The notes beneath the pieces were generated by a model. That model was given only the letters and a program-made list of their open reading frames with translations. It was not told where the DNA came from and searched no databases. A stretch of DNA of 64,000 nt from Eledone cirrhosa (taxonomy: Eukaryota). Location of the stretch: the NCBI GenBank assembly GCA_964016885.1, contig OZ024748.1, positions 29,822,001 through 29,886,000 on the forward strand. Direction: 5' to 3'. Position 1 is the stretch's first letter. Each line of letters opens with the position of its first letter. The translations under genes were made by a program, and so were the position numbers. Shown piece after piece: positions 27,155 through 39,949 of the stretch.

Positions 27155-27888
27155 GTGGGTAAAATTCCCGAGATCCTTGGACGAGTTCTCTCCAGCAGTC
27201 TCTGTCCTTCATCATCGCCGCCATATCCAGTGTCTGTCCTTTGGGCATCAATATATGTCAACCTCGGACTCCCTCTTCTAGTGTGTCCGTGTAGGGGATC
27301 CCACAGGAACACTAAGTGCAGTGTCAACACTGAATGTCGGTGAGCATGTCCAGCTAACCTCAGTCTCCTCTGTGTTACTTTAATGTAGCCCTGGCTCAGA
27401 TCAGGAGAGTTAAGACTAAAAAGATATCAGGTGCTGAATTTGCTGATGACATAGTTCTGGTGACAAACACAGTGAAGGAGGCAGAGGATTTGATGCAGGA
27501 GGTGGAGACTGTGTCGCTGAGTGTGGGGCTGAGAATGAATGAGATTAAGACGAAGTATCTGGTAGAGAACATTAAGAAGCCAGAGAAGATTACTAATGTA
27601 GGTGGAAAGCTGCTAGAGTTGGTTGAGGACTTCCTGTATCTGGGAGCAAAGATTGGGAACACAGAGAATGATGTGGTGGAGAGGAAGAGCAAAGCCTGGG
27701 TGGCATGCCACAGTTTGAGGTCGGTGTGGCAGACAGACCTTCGTAAAGACCTGAAGATCCGTCTCTTCGTTGCTACAGTGGAGACTGTGCTACTGTACAG
27801 ATCTGAGACTTGGACAGTCATCAAGAAACTCAGATGGTGGATGGGTGCTACACGAGAATGCTGAGGATGGCTCTCAACATTAATCAGG
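27155..27888 (-). mobile_element. RTE LINE fragment with an inverted 5' segment (27396-27888 on +)
   Basis: + part: AEFADDIVL, FLYLG, VETVLLYRSETW, RMLRMALNI; - part: [30 protein letters not shown]. Confidence 0.8.
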
Positions 27889-27900
27889 ATATATATATAT

Positions 27901-28061
27901 AACGAAGGAAATGTGGTAAGGAACCCGGTGGACCATAACGCACCAAAGTACTCAATACTTAGGGTAGTAGAGTGGGTAATAGGAACGAGTAGGACCCCAA
28001 CTAGTCCAGAATTAGCCGTCGAAACGGCTTGATCTCAGCCGTCGGGGTCCTACTCGTTCCT
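27901..28061 (+). repeat. Foldback repeat family copy
   Basis: Reverse complement of 25420-25595 with the left arm partly deleted. Confidence 0.8.
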
Positions 28062-28134
28062 ATATATATATATAGACAACAAACAGGATAAATTTGGGTT
28101 TAAAACCTATAATAACCCCCCGTGTAACCCAGCA

Positions 28135-30051
28135 TTGCTACCCTTCGAAAATGATGCCTTGGAACTCATACGGAGTATCAAATTTCGGAATAGGAGCAAT
28201 TCCTTCCAGCAGAACCTGAAGAATATAATTCGTTCTATTAAGGATTCTAATGCCGTGCACGGCCATTCCGACAAAACTGGCAACCTATATCAAGTGGAGC
28301 GCAGTACTTACCATCAACTACTACATAATGCTGTACCTAAGGATTACCGTAAAACTAATCGGTGCGTCATCAATGAAATCAACGATGCTGGGTTTAAAAT
28401 CACCTCTGATCTCAACATCCTGGACCGGACCGAACCTCTGGACCCTATTTCTCCCCACTTTACCCTGAAGGATCACAAATCCAATTTTCCGAACAACCCC
28501 TCTATTCGGCTTATTAACCCTACGAAGTCCAATTTAGGTAGACTTAGTAAAAGGATTCTTGATAGAATTATACCAGAAATTAGAAGTTTGGCCCCTCTTG
28601 CACTGTGGAACAATTCTTTCGCGGTGATTGATTGGTTCAACGGCATATGTAACAAGGAACATTGCCGTTTTATCCAATTCGACATCAACAATTACTACTC
28701 CTCCATCACTTTACCACTTCTCCTTAGAGCTATCAATTTCGCTAAAACACTCACAGTGGTTAAGGATTTCGAAGTTGATGTCATCCTCAATGCGCGTAAG
28801 TCGGTGATTAATTTCGACGACTCTATTTGGATTAAAAAATCCAATAGTACCCCATTCGACGTGAGTATGGGCGCCAGCGATTCTGCGGAGGTTACTGATC
28901 TTATTGGCCTTTTCCTTCTTTTCTCTATCAAGGACGAATTCTCCAACGCGGGCGGTGGTTTGTACCGTGATGGTGGTCTTTTGACCATGACTAAGTGCGG
29001 ACCTCGTGCTTGCGACAGGTTCAGAAAAGAACTCACAGCCTTCTTTAAAGGCTTCAACCTCTCTATACAGGTTGAGGCCAATCTCTCGGTCGTTAATTAC
29101 CTCGATGTTACCCTCAATTTATCGAATGGGTTGTATTACCCGTATAGAAAGCCGAATGATACGCTTAATTACATAAGTAAGCATTCCAACCATCTTGCCA
29201 GCATAACCAAGAACCTGGTAAGAAACGTTTCGTTGAGGCTTTCCCGTCTATCTACTAACGAGCATATTTTCAACCACCATTCCACTTATTACAATGAAGC
29301 TCTTGCTCGGAGTGGATTTGTCGATAAGGTAGCATATACTGAGTACGAAAATAGACCTAGAAGAAATAGATCCCGTCGCATTTGTTGGTATAACCCACCA
29401 TATAGTATGGAGGTGACCACACCATTAGCTAAGATCTTTCTTTCCCTTATTACGAAGCATTTTCCCCCTACACATAAATATAGTAAACTTTTTAATAGAA
29501 ATACTATTAAAATTTTTTACTCTACGACTCCTAACATTGCACATAAAACCACAGCTTCAAATTTAGCTAAACTACCTAGCCGTAGGAACACGTGCAACCC
29601 TGTAGTTGGTACTAACTGTAAATGTAGGAATCGGGTTGATTGCCCCCTATCCGGGAAATGCCTCTCTAGTAACATTGTCTACAAATGTAAGGTTGAAACA
29701 CCCACGTCCCGTAGGGCCTACATAGGGTTAACCGCCAATAGATTCAAGCAGCGTCTTTACATGCAAACCCATTCTTTTCGTTACCCTCTAAGAAGGAATA
29801 TGACGTCACTTTCAGCTTATATCTGGAGTCTGAAAGACAACCACACCCAATATAAGTTACACTGGGAGATCCTAGATAGGGTTAGATCGTATAACGGAAA
29901 TAAAAGACCATGTGACCTCTGCGCCGCTGAGGCTCTGGAAATACTCTACGCCACAGACCACATCCTTAACAAAAAATCTGAGGCAATTTCGGCTTGTAAA
30001 CATAAATTGCACAAAAACTTTCCTCTATTACAGCCCCACGTTATACCCTAA
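28135..30051 (+). CDS. PLE reverse transcriptase-GIY-YIG endonuclease (open frame; catalytic YRDD reads YRDG)
   Basis: SDKTGNLY, KDHK..IRLINP, FDINNYYSSI, MGASDSAEV, LYRDGG, NYLDVT, WYNPPY, CNCR-like CKCR..CPLSGKC, IVYKC..AYIG..RFKQR, CDLCAAE. Confidence 0.85.
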   Translation: MLPFENDALELIRSIKFRNRSNSFQQNLKNIIRSIKDSNAVHGHSDKTGNLYQVERSTYHQLLHNAVPKDYRKTNRCVINEINDAGFKITSDLNILDRTEPLDPISPHFTLKDHKSNFPNNPSIRLINPTKSNLGRLSKRILDRIIPEIRSLAPLALWNNSFAVIDWFNGICNKEHCRFIQFDINNYYSSITLPLLLRAINFAKTLTVVKDFEVDVILNARKSVINFDDSIWIKKSNSTPFDVSMGASDSAEVTDLIGLFLLFSIKDEFSNAGGGLYRDGGLLTMTKCGPRACDRFRKELTAFFKGFNLSIQVEANLSVVNYLDVTLNLSNGLYYPYRKPNDTLNYISKHSNHLASITKNLVRNVSLRLSRLSTNEHIFNHHSTYYNEALARSGFVDKVAYTEYENRPRRNRSRRICWYNPPYSMEVTTPLAKIFLSLITKHFPPTHKYSKLFNRNTIKIFYSTTPNIAHKTTASNLAKLPSRRNTCNPVVGTNCKCRNRVDCPLSGKCLSSNIVYKCKVETPTSRRAYIGLTANRFKQRLYMQTHSFRYPLRRNMTSLSAYIWSLKDNHTQYKLHWEILDRVRSYNGNKRPCDLCAAEALEILYATDHILNKKSEAISACKHKLHKNFPLLQPHVIP

Positions 30052-31119
30052 CGGATAGTACGATCTATACGTGGATATTTTACGTCTTGATGTGGTAGCT
30101 AAGTATATGTTTTGTTTATACCATTACTTATTTGCATAGGTAAGTATATATTACCTGTATGTTTTGTGAAGGTACGTATACTTTCTCGTACGTATATTTG
30201 ATTGTATATGTTATGGCGTATAATTTTTTATATATTCTGGTACATATGGTTTGGTTATGTGTATACGGGAGTTTTACGTCTGTGTGAGTATGCAGGTTCG
30301 TACGTATGTTGGGTGTGTGTATATGTGTACTTCATGTTTTGGTTGACTTACGTTTCCGAACATTTGTGTATCTACATGTAGGTATGTGTGTGCGCTTGTT
30401 ATATACGTATTTATTTATTTATATACGTTTAGTTAATTGTTTATTTATTTGTATACACGCACACACACACACACATTTATATGTGCGTGGTTTTGTATAC
30501 CTATGGCAAGTGTTTTCGCGTATGCTTGTGTATGTACGTATTTGCATGCGTGTATGTATTTATTTAATTTCTATTACCTCTGTATTGTATTTTATTTACT
30601 TTATTCTTAACTCTGAAGCGGAGATTCATTCGGTTTCCTAGTTAGAATTTTAGTCTACGACTTCTGCTATACCATTTACGTGGTTTTGTCTTTGCGTGCA
30701 ATTGTTCTCCACGATCCACATACGACGTATTATCTTCGTTTTTTCCGTTTGCCAGAGAACGTCTCTATGAACCACCTAAGAGAACATTAGTCTACGACTT
30801 CTTTTATACCATAAACGTGGTTCTGTCTTTGCGCGTGATTGTTTTTCACCACTCCTATTAATGACGTATTATCTTCGTTTTTTCCGTTTGCCAGAGAACG
30901 TCTCTATGAACCACCTAAGAGAACATTAGTCTACGACTTCTTTTATACCATAAACGTGGTTCTGTCTTTGCGCGTGATTGTTTTTCACCGCTCCTATTAA
31001 TGACGTATTATATTCGTTTTTTCCCGTTCTTTGCCAGCGAACGTTTCCACGAACCTAAGTATCGTCTTCCTGTGTTCCTCCGGTTGCAACGTTTTTTGAA
31101 ATATCCAGTTCTGCGTTTT

Positions 31120-31193
31120 CAGATTGACTTTGTTAGTTTCAGAAGATCCCGTTAAGGGTGAAAGCAGCGATTCTTTGCTTAAACTTTAATCTG
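31120..31193 (+). ncRNA. Hammerhead-like motif, same variant as 26898
   Basis: Identical core and stems. Confidence 0.65.
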
Positions 31194-31209
31194 TTATTTT
31201 AATAAATAA

Positions 31210-31243
<34 letters not shown>

Positions 31244-31290
31244 TTATATATATATATTTATATATATATTTATATATATTTATGTATATA

Positions 31291-31322
<32 letters not shown>

Positions 31323-31327
<5 letters not shown>

Positions 31328-31645
31328 TAAAATAACAGATTAAAGTTTAAGCAAAGAATCGCTGCTTTCACCCTTAACGGGATCTTCTGAAACTAACAAA
31401 GTCAATCTGAAAACGCAGAACTGGATATTTCAAAAAACGTTGCAACCGGAGGAAGACAGGAAGACGATACTTTGGTTTGTGGAAACGTTCGCTGGCAAAG
31501 AACGGGAAAAAACGAATAATACGTCATTAATAGGAGCGGTGAAAAACAATTACGCGCAAAGACAGAACCACGTTTATGGTATAAAAGAGGTCGTAGACTA
31601 ATGTTCTCTTAGCTGGTGCATAGAGACGTTCTCTGGCAATGAACG
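31323..31645 (-). mobile_element. Inverted pLTR copy including the HHR motif, tail-to-tail across (TA)n
   Basis: Near-exact reverse complement of about 30885-31207. Confidence 0.9.
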
Positions 31646-31723
31646 AATACTTAAAAATAAGAAGAAAGCATGAACGGGAGAAAGTTTTCCTTCATCAGTT
31701 GTCTGCTGGAAGTCTCGGATATT

Positions 31724-31788
<65 letters not shown>

Positions 31789-32085
31789 TTATATGCATAC
31801 ATAAACAAACACATACGCACACATATACACAAACACACACACACACATACACACGCACGCAGACAGATGCCTACATACACAGGTACACATTACAGGCACA
31901 CATCACGCCCGACTCCAGCCTATATTAGTCCCATCCTGCTGTAAAACTGTCCACCCCTCCATCCTGTCACACTCACTGTACTTATTCCTTATCAAAACAG
32001 TTGCTGTTCTCCTTTAATAGGGTCTTTGTTTCTTATGTTAACATGATATCATGAGAGCTCTTATGCACGCCACGATGGGTGTGTG

Positions 32086-32168
<83 letters not shown>

Positions 32169-32176
32169 TCTCTCGC

Positions 32177-32212
<36 letters not shown>

Positions 32213-32217
32213 CGTGT

Positions 32218-32491
32218 GGAGGACGTGGCCTAGTGGTAAGGGTGTTAGACTTACGATCATAATGTCGTGGGTTCGATTCCCGAGTTGCGTGTTGTGCTTT
32301 TGAGCAAAACACTACATTGCACGTTGCTCCAGTATACTTAGCTGAAAATGAATACCAGCAATAGCTGGGGTTTTAACCCTGTGATGGACTTGCGTCCTGT
32401 CCAGGGGGGAGTCTTGTACTCTCAGTCGCTTCACGCCATGAAACCGGGATAAGCAATGGATGACCCTTCTGGCTTAAGACAGACTTTAGAC
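32218..32491 (+). mobile_element. SINE family 2, tRNA-derived, full length
   Basis: A box TGGCCTAGTGG, B box GGTTCGATTCC, body AACCCTGTGATGGACTTGCGTCCTGTCCAGGGG resembling conserved V/Meta-type SINE cores. Confidence 0.85.
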
Positions 32492-32507
32492 TATATATAT
32501 ATATATA

Positions 32508-32556
<49 letters not shown>

Positions 32557-32579
32557 ATATATATATATATGTATATATA

Positions 32580-32629
<50 letters not shown>

Positions 32630-32642
32630 TATATATATATAT

Positions 32643-32673
<31 letters not shown>

Positions 32674-32695
32674 CACACACATATATATATATATA

Positions 32696-32937
32696 GTCTA
32701 AAGTCTGTCTTAAGCCAGAAGGGTCATCCATTGCTTATCCCGGTTTCATGGCGTGAAGCCACTGAGAGTACAAGACTCCCCCCTGGACAGGACGCAAGTC
32801 CATCACAGGGTTAAAACCCCAGCTATTGCTGGTATTCATTTTCAGCTAAGTATACTGGAGCAACGTGCAATGTAGTGTTTTGCTCAAAAGCACAACACGC
32901 AACTCGGGAATCGAACCCACGACATTATGATCGTAAG

Positions 32938-32942
<5 letters not shown>
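32696..32942 (-). mobile_element. SINE family 2, inverted twin, truncated in the tRNA head
   Basis: Reverse complement of 32245-32491 with one visible mismatch. Confidence 0.9.
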
Positions 32943-32984
<42 letters not shown>

Positions 32985-32987
<3 letters not shown>

Positions 32988-35580
32988 TCGACTCCTTTCT
33001 CTCCTTCTTCTGCTCCTTCCACCCCTCCCTCCACTTCACCACCTCTATCTCCACCACCCACGTCCACTTCTTAGACATCTCCGTCGCCTTCGACCCCTCC
33101 CACCACTCCCTCGTCACCTCCGCCTTCTTCAAACCCACCGACTCCCACTCTTACCTCGACTTCACCTCTTCCCACCCCACACACACTAAACGCTCTATTC
33201 CCTACTCCCAACTCCTCAGGATCCGCCGCCTCTGTAGCCGAGATGCCGACTTTGAGTCCAAGGCCCTTTCCCTAGTCAGCCATTTCATCCGCAGAGGATA
33301 CCCCCCCTCTCTCGTCCACACCGCTCTCACCCGCGCCCGTGCTGTCCACCGCTCCACCACCCTCACCCCACGCCACCGCACACCCACCCACCGCCTCCCC
33401 TTCCCCATCACCTACCACCCCTCCACCATACCCCTCCACCGCACCATCCTCCGCCTCTTCCGACGCCTCCAGTCCGACCCCTCCACCTCCCACATCTTCC
33501 CATCCCCACCACTCCCCTCCTTCAAACGCGCACGCAATCTCCGCACCCTCCTCGTCCACAGCTCACTACCCCCAACCCACGCTCTCTTCCCCCCCGGTCC
33601 TTTCCCTGTTCTAGGCCCCGCTGCAACACCTGGCCCCACATCACCAACACCACCACCTTCCAGGGTCCCAACGGCCACTCTCTCTCTGTCCAGCATGCCT
33701 TCCGCTGCACCTCCTCCAACCTAGTCTACGGACTTCGCTGCACGGTGTGCAGCGCGACTTACGTCGGACAGACTGGACGTCGCCTGGCGGACAGATTTAC
33801 TGAGCACCTCCGGGATATTCGTCTCGGTGGTAGTACCCCCATCGCCCGCCACTTTGGTGCCCCTGGACATTCCGCACGCCATCTCACTGTCTGTGGCCTA
33901 CTCCAATGCCACGGAACACCCGCCAACTTCCTAAGAGTTGAACAACGAACCATCTTCATCTTACAGACCCATACTCCCCCCGGCCTGAACTCCCCACCCT
34001 TATTCCTTTAGCTTTCGACCGCCCCCTCCATCCACACATATCCCCCACTAACACCACTAACACACCCCTCCTTTTCACCGCCCACCCCACAACTAACAAT
34101 ACTAACACCTCTACCCCACATCCGACCACCCTTCCCCAACTAACATACTAACATCCCTCCCTTCTTCTCCTCCCCCCTCCTTATCACACGCACACATCCA
34201 CCGGCACATATATACACGCGCTCACACTAAACACACACCCTACTACCACCACTAATCCTCACCCCAACACATCCACCCCACCACCCCGCAACTAACATCA
34301 CTAACACACCCTGACCCCAAGCACACGAACACACACACCCACTTACACCACCCACCCTACACGCAACTAACATCACTAACACCCCCCAACCCTACGCACA
34401 CGTACACACACACCCTCTTACACCACCCACTCTACACACCTACCACCACTGACCCCCACTCACACCCGCATTCAACCCTTTCTCCACCTCCTGTATACTA
34501 ACACCCACTAACACCCCCTTCACCAAACACACACACCAGTACACCATACTCCCTCCATCGACCCCCACACCCTTCTCTCCCCACTCCACCCACACCCTTT
34601 CTCAAACACTCACTCATCCCACTAACACCTCTACTAATACACACACACACACCCTCCTTACTCCAACTTTCACACCTACCCATCCTCTCCCCCTTACCAT
34701 TCTACCCTACTGCTGCTATGCCCTCTGACCACCTCCCCGCACACACAGACACACAACACACACTCACCATTTTACCCTACTGCTGCTATGCCCTCTGACC
34801 ACAGACACACCACACTCCTCCTGCCTTGACCACTTCCTGTTGCGCGCGCACCCCACATCTCCCCTCTTCCGACCAATCTCTTCACGGATTACACGTATGT
34901 GAACCTTGATCCCGGAATCAACCACAATCAAGGATTTTACCAAGCATCCCACCACATCTTCTTACGGAATCACCTTTATGACTCACCCACACACACACAC
35001 CCAAAAATAATTTTTTTTCCCACACGCCACCTACACCCACAACACGCTTAAACACCACACACACACGTGCGTACCACCACATATTCACACCTCTATCCAC
35101 ACCCGCACACACACTCCGACCTACACCCCACCCCACACACACCTCTTCCTGAACATGCAACCCCGTTCTTCCCCCAACCCTTGCTTTCACATACACACAC
35201 ACACACACACGTACACCTACACACACACACCACCTTCAGCCCTCCCCGCTCGGACATCCCGTCTCCCTCTCCCCACTCCACCCGCCACCACCTCTACACG
35301 CCCCACACCCTTCCACCACCTGTTTTACCCCATTTTAATTTTATTTTGATCATGCCTTTATTTTTAATTTCATTTGCACCGTTTCCTCTCACCCCCTTTT
35401 TGCTATATGTCTCTCCACCACTCCCCTACACACCCTTTGAACTCTCTTCCCACACACTTTTCACCTGAAGAAGGGCTTATGCCCGAAACGTCGTTCCCCA
35501 CCACCACCCCACTCTCAAGAGCGTGAAATTAATAAACATTTGTTGTACTGCCTCTCTGTTTTGTTCCCGTTCAATTTTTC

Positions 35581-35581
<1 letters not shown>
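32985..35581 (+). mobile_element. C-rich PLE, 5'-truncated, flanked by (TA)n
   Basis: HFLDISV, FFKPTDSHSYLDFTSSHPTHTKRSIPYSQLLRIRRLCS, LVYGLRCTVCSATYVGQTGRRLADRFTEH (GIY-YIG; stop at 34011); HHR motif; AATAAA at 35531. Confidence 0.88.
35462..35495 (+). ncRNA. Minimal type I hammerhead motif
   Basis: CUGAAGA-A-GGGC UUAU GCCC-GAAA-CGUC; palindromic ACGU stem III; stem I is weak. Confidence 0.65.
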
Positions 35582-35672
<91 letters not shown>

Positions 35673-35921
35673 TATATATAGTCTAAAGTCTTGCATTGAA
35701 CCACAAAGTTACTAAGACAAAACCTATATATTTGCTAGCATAGGTATGCATCTATATATATTAAAATAGGGAGAAAAAGACGATTATTAGGAAGAAACAT
35801 TTTTTTTTTCCTTTTATTTTTTTCTCTTTTTTCTGGGTTAGAAAATGTTTAAAACAAAATATTTTACTTTGGGTGAAGTATTAAGGTATTAGTTAATTTA
35901 TTTATTAATTAACAATGGCAT

Positions 35922-35964
<43 letters not shown>

Positions 35965-36447
35965 TATATTTAATAATTGTGTATTACCGGTTTCAGTCTT
36001 TTATGCATTATCAAAGGGGGAAATTTGAATTGGTATAAAATGTTGGAGAGAAAATAATGTGATGTTGAACATGTTAAGGAAATGGGAAAGAAAGAATAAT
36101 ATTATATACAAACAAGGTTTTTGAAGTAAAAAGAAAAAAGAAAAAAGGGGGTGATGTGGAACATGGTAAGGTAATGGGAAAGAAAGAATAATATTATTTA
36201 CAGGCATAGTTCAAAATGTTATTATGGCAAGAGCGCTTGGTTGGTCCATAATCGTGGCAAATGGTAGTATGGGTTTGATATGATTTCCCTTTTTAGAGAG
36301 TTAATATGCAGGGGGAGGTAATTTAGGGTGGTCAGGTAGGGGAGAGAGCAATGAGAAGGGGTAATTCATTTATATGAGAAAAAGGATTAGGTAGGGTGTG
36401 AGGGAAGGAACTCTTTAGAGAAAATGGGAATTGGGGCTTTGGTTCAT

Positions 36448-36510
<63 letters not shown>

Positions 36511-36711
36511 ATCAAAAGATGGTTAAAAGAGTTCCATGTATTTTATTATGCGCATTTCAAAAACAAATATTATCATGCAATAACATTTGCGTTTTCGTCA
36601 GATAAAATAGGGAGACATGATATGAAGGTTAAAACACACTTGTGAATAGTGCAGTTTTAAATCAACATATGATATGCATTGCTTTATTGTACTACAATAA
36701 AACTCACCTCC

Positions 36712-36774
<63 letters not shown>

Positions 36775-36784
36775 GTATATATAA

Positions 36785-36821
<37 letters not shown>

Positions 36822-36830
36822 CACATATAT

Positions 36831-38765
36831 AAGACGCAAATAAGACCCATCGTCTCTAGCATAGAAGGACCCCTATACAAAATTTCCTGGCTCCTCTCCC
36901 AGGTCCTCAAGCCTCTACTCTCCACCTTTCCCGGGCATGTCAGTAGCTCCGACGAAGTTATACGTAGACTACACCAACTCCAGCCAGAACAACTTAAACT
37001 AAATAAATACGCCTTTAGCCTCGACGTTGTCTCCCTCTACACTACAGTCCCCGCTCATCCAGCTGTCGATTTATTGACGGACTGCGTGGTCGCAGAGGAC
37101 ACCCACTGCTACGGCCCCCACCCGACGGACATACACCAGCTTTTGTCCTTCACAGTAGACAACACGTACTTCACCTTCCACCACCACACATACAGACAGA
37201 CAACAGGATTACCCATGGGATCCAGCCTATCGGGCCTGCTGGCCATCACCTACATGAACCAGCTAGAATGCCGAGCCCTCAACACCTGCCATTCCCATAC
37301 CTTCTTCACCCGATATGTAGATGACATACTCATCCTTACATCATCCCGTGAGGAGGCAGATAAAATATACACAACATTCTCCAGCATGGACGACAGTATA
37401 AAGTTCAGCATGGAACACCCCGATGACCGCGGATCCCTATCCCTACTGGACTTCCAACTCAGGGTAACAGAGGAAGGCAACATCCACACCTGCTTCTATA
37501 AAAAAGCCGCCAGCAGGGACCTGTTCGTACATTTCAGATCGGCCCTCCCACTCGGTGCCAAGTTCGGATACATAAGGAATGAACTGGCACGTATCCGGAA
37601 CAAATGCACCGACGCTAGAGACCGAGACACACACACCACACATTTCCTGGAAGTACTCAAACTGAACGGATACACGACATCCACCACAAACCGTGCCAGA
37701 AAGAACAGAGGACACCACACCCGAGGCACTAACACTTGCTTCCTGAAGCTCCCACACTTCAGTGAAGAAACAACAACAGCCATCCGCAGAGCTATCAGAC
37801 GAGAGGGACTAGATATCCAACTGGCCCACTCAGTCCTTCTCTACGCGGACAGCTAACCAAAAGACACTCCACCAGACACGACAACTGCTGCAGACTAGCC
37901 AACTGCCCCATCAACGACACAGACCTATGCCACCAGGCTTACGTCGTATACAGACTAGAGTGTGACAAATGCAACAACTTCTACGTAGGTAGCACCACCA
38001 GACCACTCCACATAAGAATAAAAGAACACCTCAATACTAACGCTTCCTCATTTAAGAAACACCTAGTTAAATGCAAAAACACCGACAAAACCATAACAGT
38101 TAGGATAGAAACCAAGGAAAGAAACCTCGGCAATCTTAGAATTAAGGAAGCACTAATTATAGACAAAACACTACCACCAATCAATAATAGACTAGAACTC
38201 AACACCCAATTTATAACTTGATAGAGCTTCTAGCCCCATATTTACACCCCCCACACACACGCACACACGCACGCACACACACGCACACACACGCGCTTAC
38301 ACCTCCACTCATTCTCTCTCACACATACACACACAAAACCAGTTCTAACACGAGATAACACCTATCCCCCACATTTACGAATAGACATATCTTCTCACAC
38401 TCACACACACACATACTTACACCTTCATGCATTCTCCCACACACTTAAACAGGCATGTATATAAAAAAAAAATTTAAAAAAAAACCCTTTTAAAGGGAGA
38501 CTACTAATCACCTAATCACCTCTTTGACATTAGAGATAGAACAGATACTCTATACCATTTCCTGTCAGCATGACTTGGCAAACTATTTAGAACACTGGTT
38601 GACAACTTTACTTCGCTCTGAAGAAGAGATATTATCTCGAAAATTAAGGACATTTAAATAAATCTAAGGTAAAAGACTAATTGTCAACAATATCTTTTGC
38701 ATTTGCATTCTTTATTCTATGTCCATACCTGCATTGTTTTGGCTTTATTATACATATACAAACGT
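36831..38765 (+). mobile_element. PLE (Poseidon/Penelope-like), 5'-truncated at (TA)n, one frameshift near 37830
   Basis: IRPIVSS, SLDVVSLYTTVP, GLPMGSSLSG, RYVDD, LLDFQL, VVYRLECDKCNNFYVGSTTRPLHIRIKEH; stop near 38220. Confidence 0.9.
38615..38649 (+). ncRNA. Minimal type I hammerhead motif
   Basis: CU-CUGAAGA-A-GAGAU AUU AUCUC-GAAA-AUUA-AG; palindromic AAUU stem III. Confidence 0.6.
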
Positions 38766-38766
38766 T

Positions 38767-38842
<76 letters not shown>

Positions 38843-38879
38843 CATATATATACATATATATATATATATTTATATATAT

Positions 38880-38941
<62 letters not shown>

Positions 38942-39459
38942 AAAAATAAAAACGAAACAAAAATGAAGGGGAAATATAGGCACTATATTTTGGTTTTATA
39001 TATGCCCACACTGGTATCGTATCAATATTTTATTTCTTTCGAGAAACAGAAACGATTTCGTTGAAACGGTTAGCTAGCGTGACAAGGGAAGAAGGTGGCA
39101 AAAAGAAAGGAAAGTAGGAAGGAGTAATATATTTCTACTGTGCGGCTTTATGGAAGTGTTGATTAAGTGTTGGTTGTTAAGTGTTGGTGGACATTTGGGT
39201 GGAAGGTTAGTGGAAGTAGCAGCTGAGAAAGGAAAAAAACTATTTAAAGAAAGCAAAATTAGATAAGGCGACTGTGAAACTGATTTTTTCCGGTGTTTAC
39301 AGACGAAAATAACACAGAATACCATTGGCTGTTCTATGAAGGGTTACAGGAAGCTGAAGTATATTCACTAGCACAATTTTCAGCTAGCCGTTTCCTTTGT
39401 TATAAGTGTCTTCAAAAAATGTCATTTCATATATATATATTATAAGTATTGTCTTGTAC

Positions 39460-39538
<79 letters not shown>

Positions 39539-39545
39539 TGAGTGC

Positions 39546-39577
<32 letters not shown>

Positions 39578-39703
39578 ATGCGCGCGTGTGTGTGTGTGTG
39601 TGTGTCTGTCTGTTTGTAAGTATGTATGTATATGTATGTATTATGTATGTAAGTATGTATGTATATGTATGTATTATGTATGTATTTATATTTATATGTA
39701 TGT

Positions 39704-39798
39704 ATGTTCTCTTTCTCTTAATTTTGAGTATATTTTGACAGGCCACCTTCCTGGTGGCAAGGTTGTAAAAGAAAAGAAATTGTCATCCCTTGAATCGC
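39704..39798 (+). repeat. Putative solo-LTR 3' part, related to 44329-44412
   Basis: Similar in inverted orientation to the sequence upstream of the Gypsy gag relic; ends in CA. Confidence 0.4.
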
Positions 39799-39949
39799 AA
39801 GAATGTTTTGCAAATTTTGAAGGTGCCAGATATTGCGGCCATTTGTAGTCTATGAATTAGGGAGCTGCACTCTTTGAGCACAAATCCAATTCAGTCATAC
39901 TTTGGTCTAAGTGGGTTGATACATAACCTGTAGCTCCAATAATAATGGG

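Larger units (their letters stand above)
28075..31207 (+). mobile_element. Penelope-like element, 5'-truncated, with long 3'UTR/pLTR
   Basis: RT + GIY-YIG ORF, internal ~128-bp tandem repeats at 30650-31020, HHR motif, AATAAA, then (TA)n. Confidence 0.9.

Noticed and set aside
32218-32290. tRNA gene
   Set aside because: A and B boxes are present, but there is no proper acceptor stem or terminator and it runs into a SINE body.
36642-36830. N-terminal extension of the 404-aa PLE ORF
   Set aside because: Read-through across (TA)n; element homology starts at about 36831.
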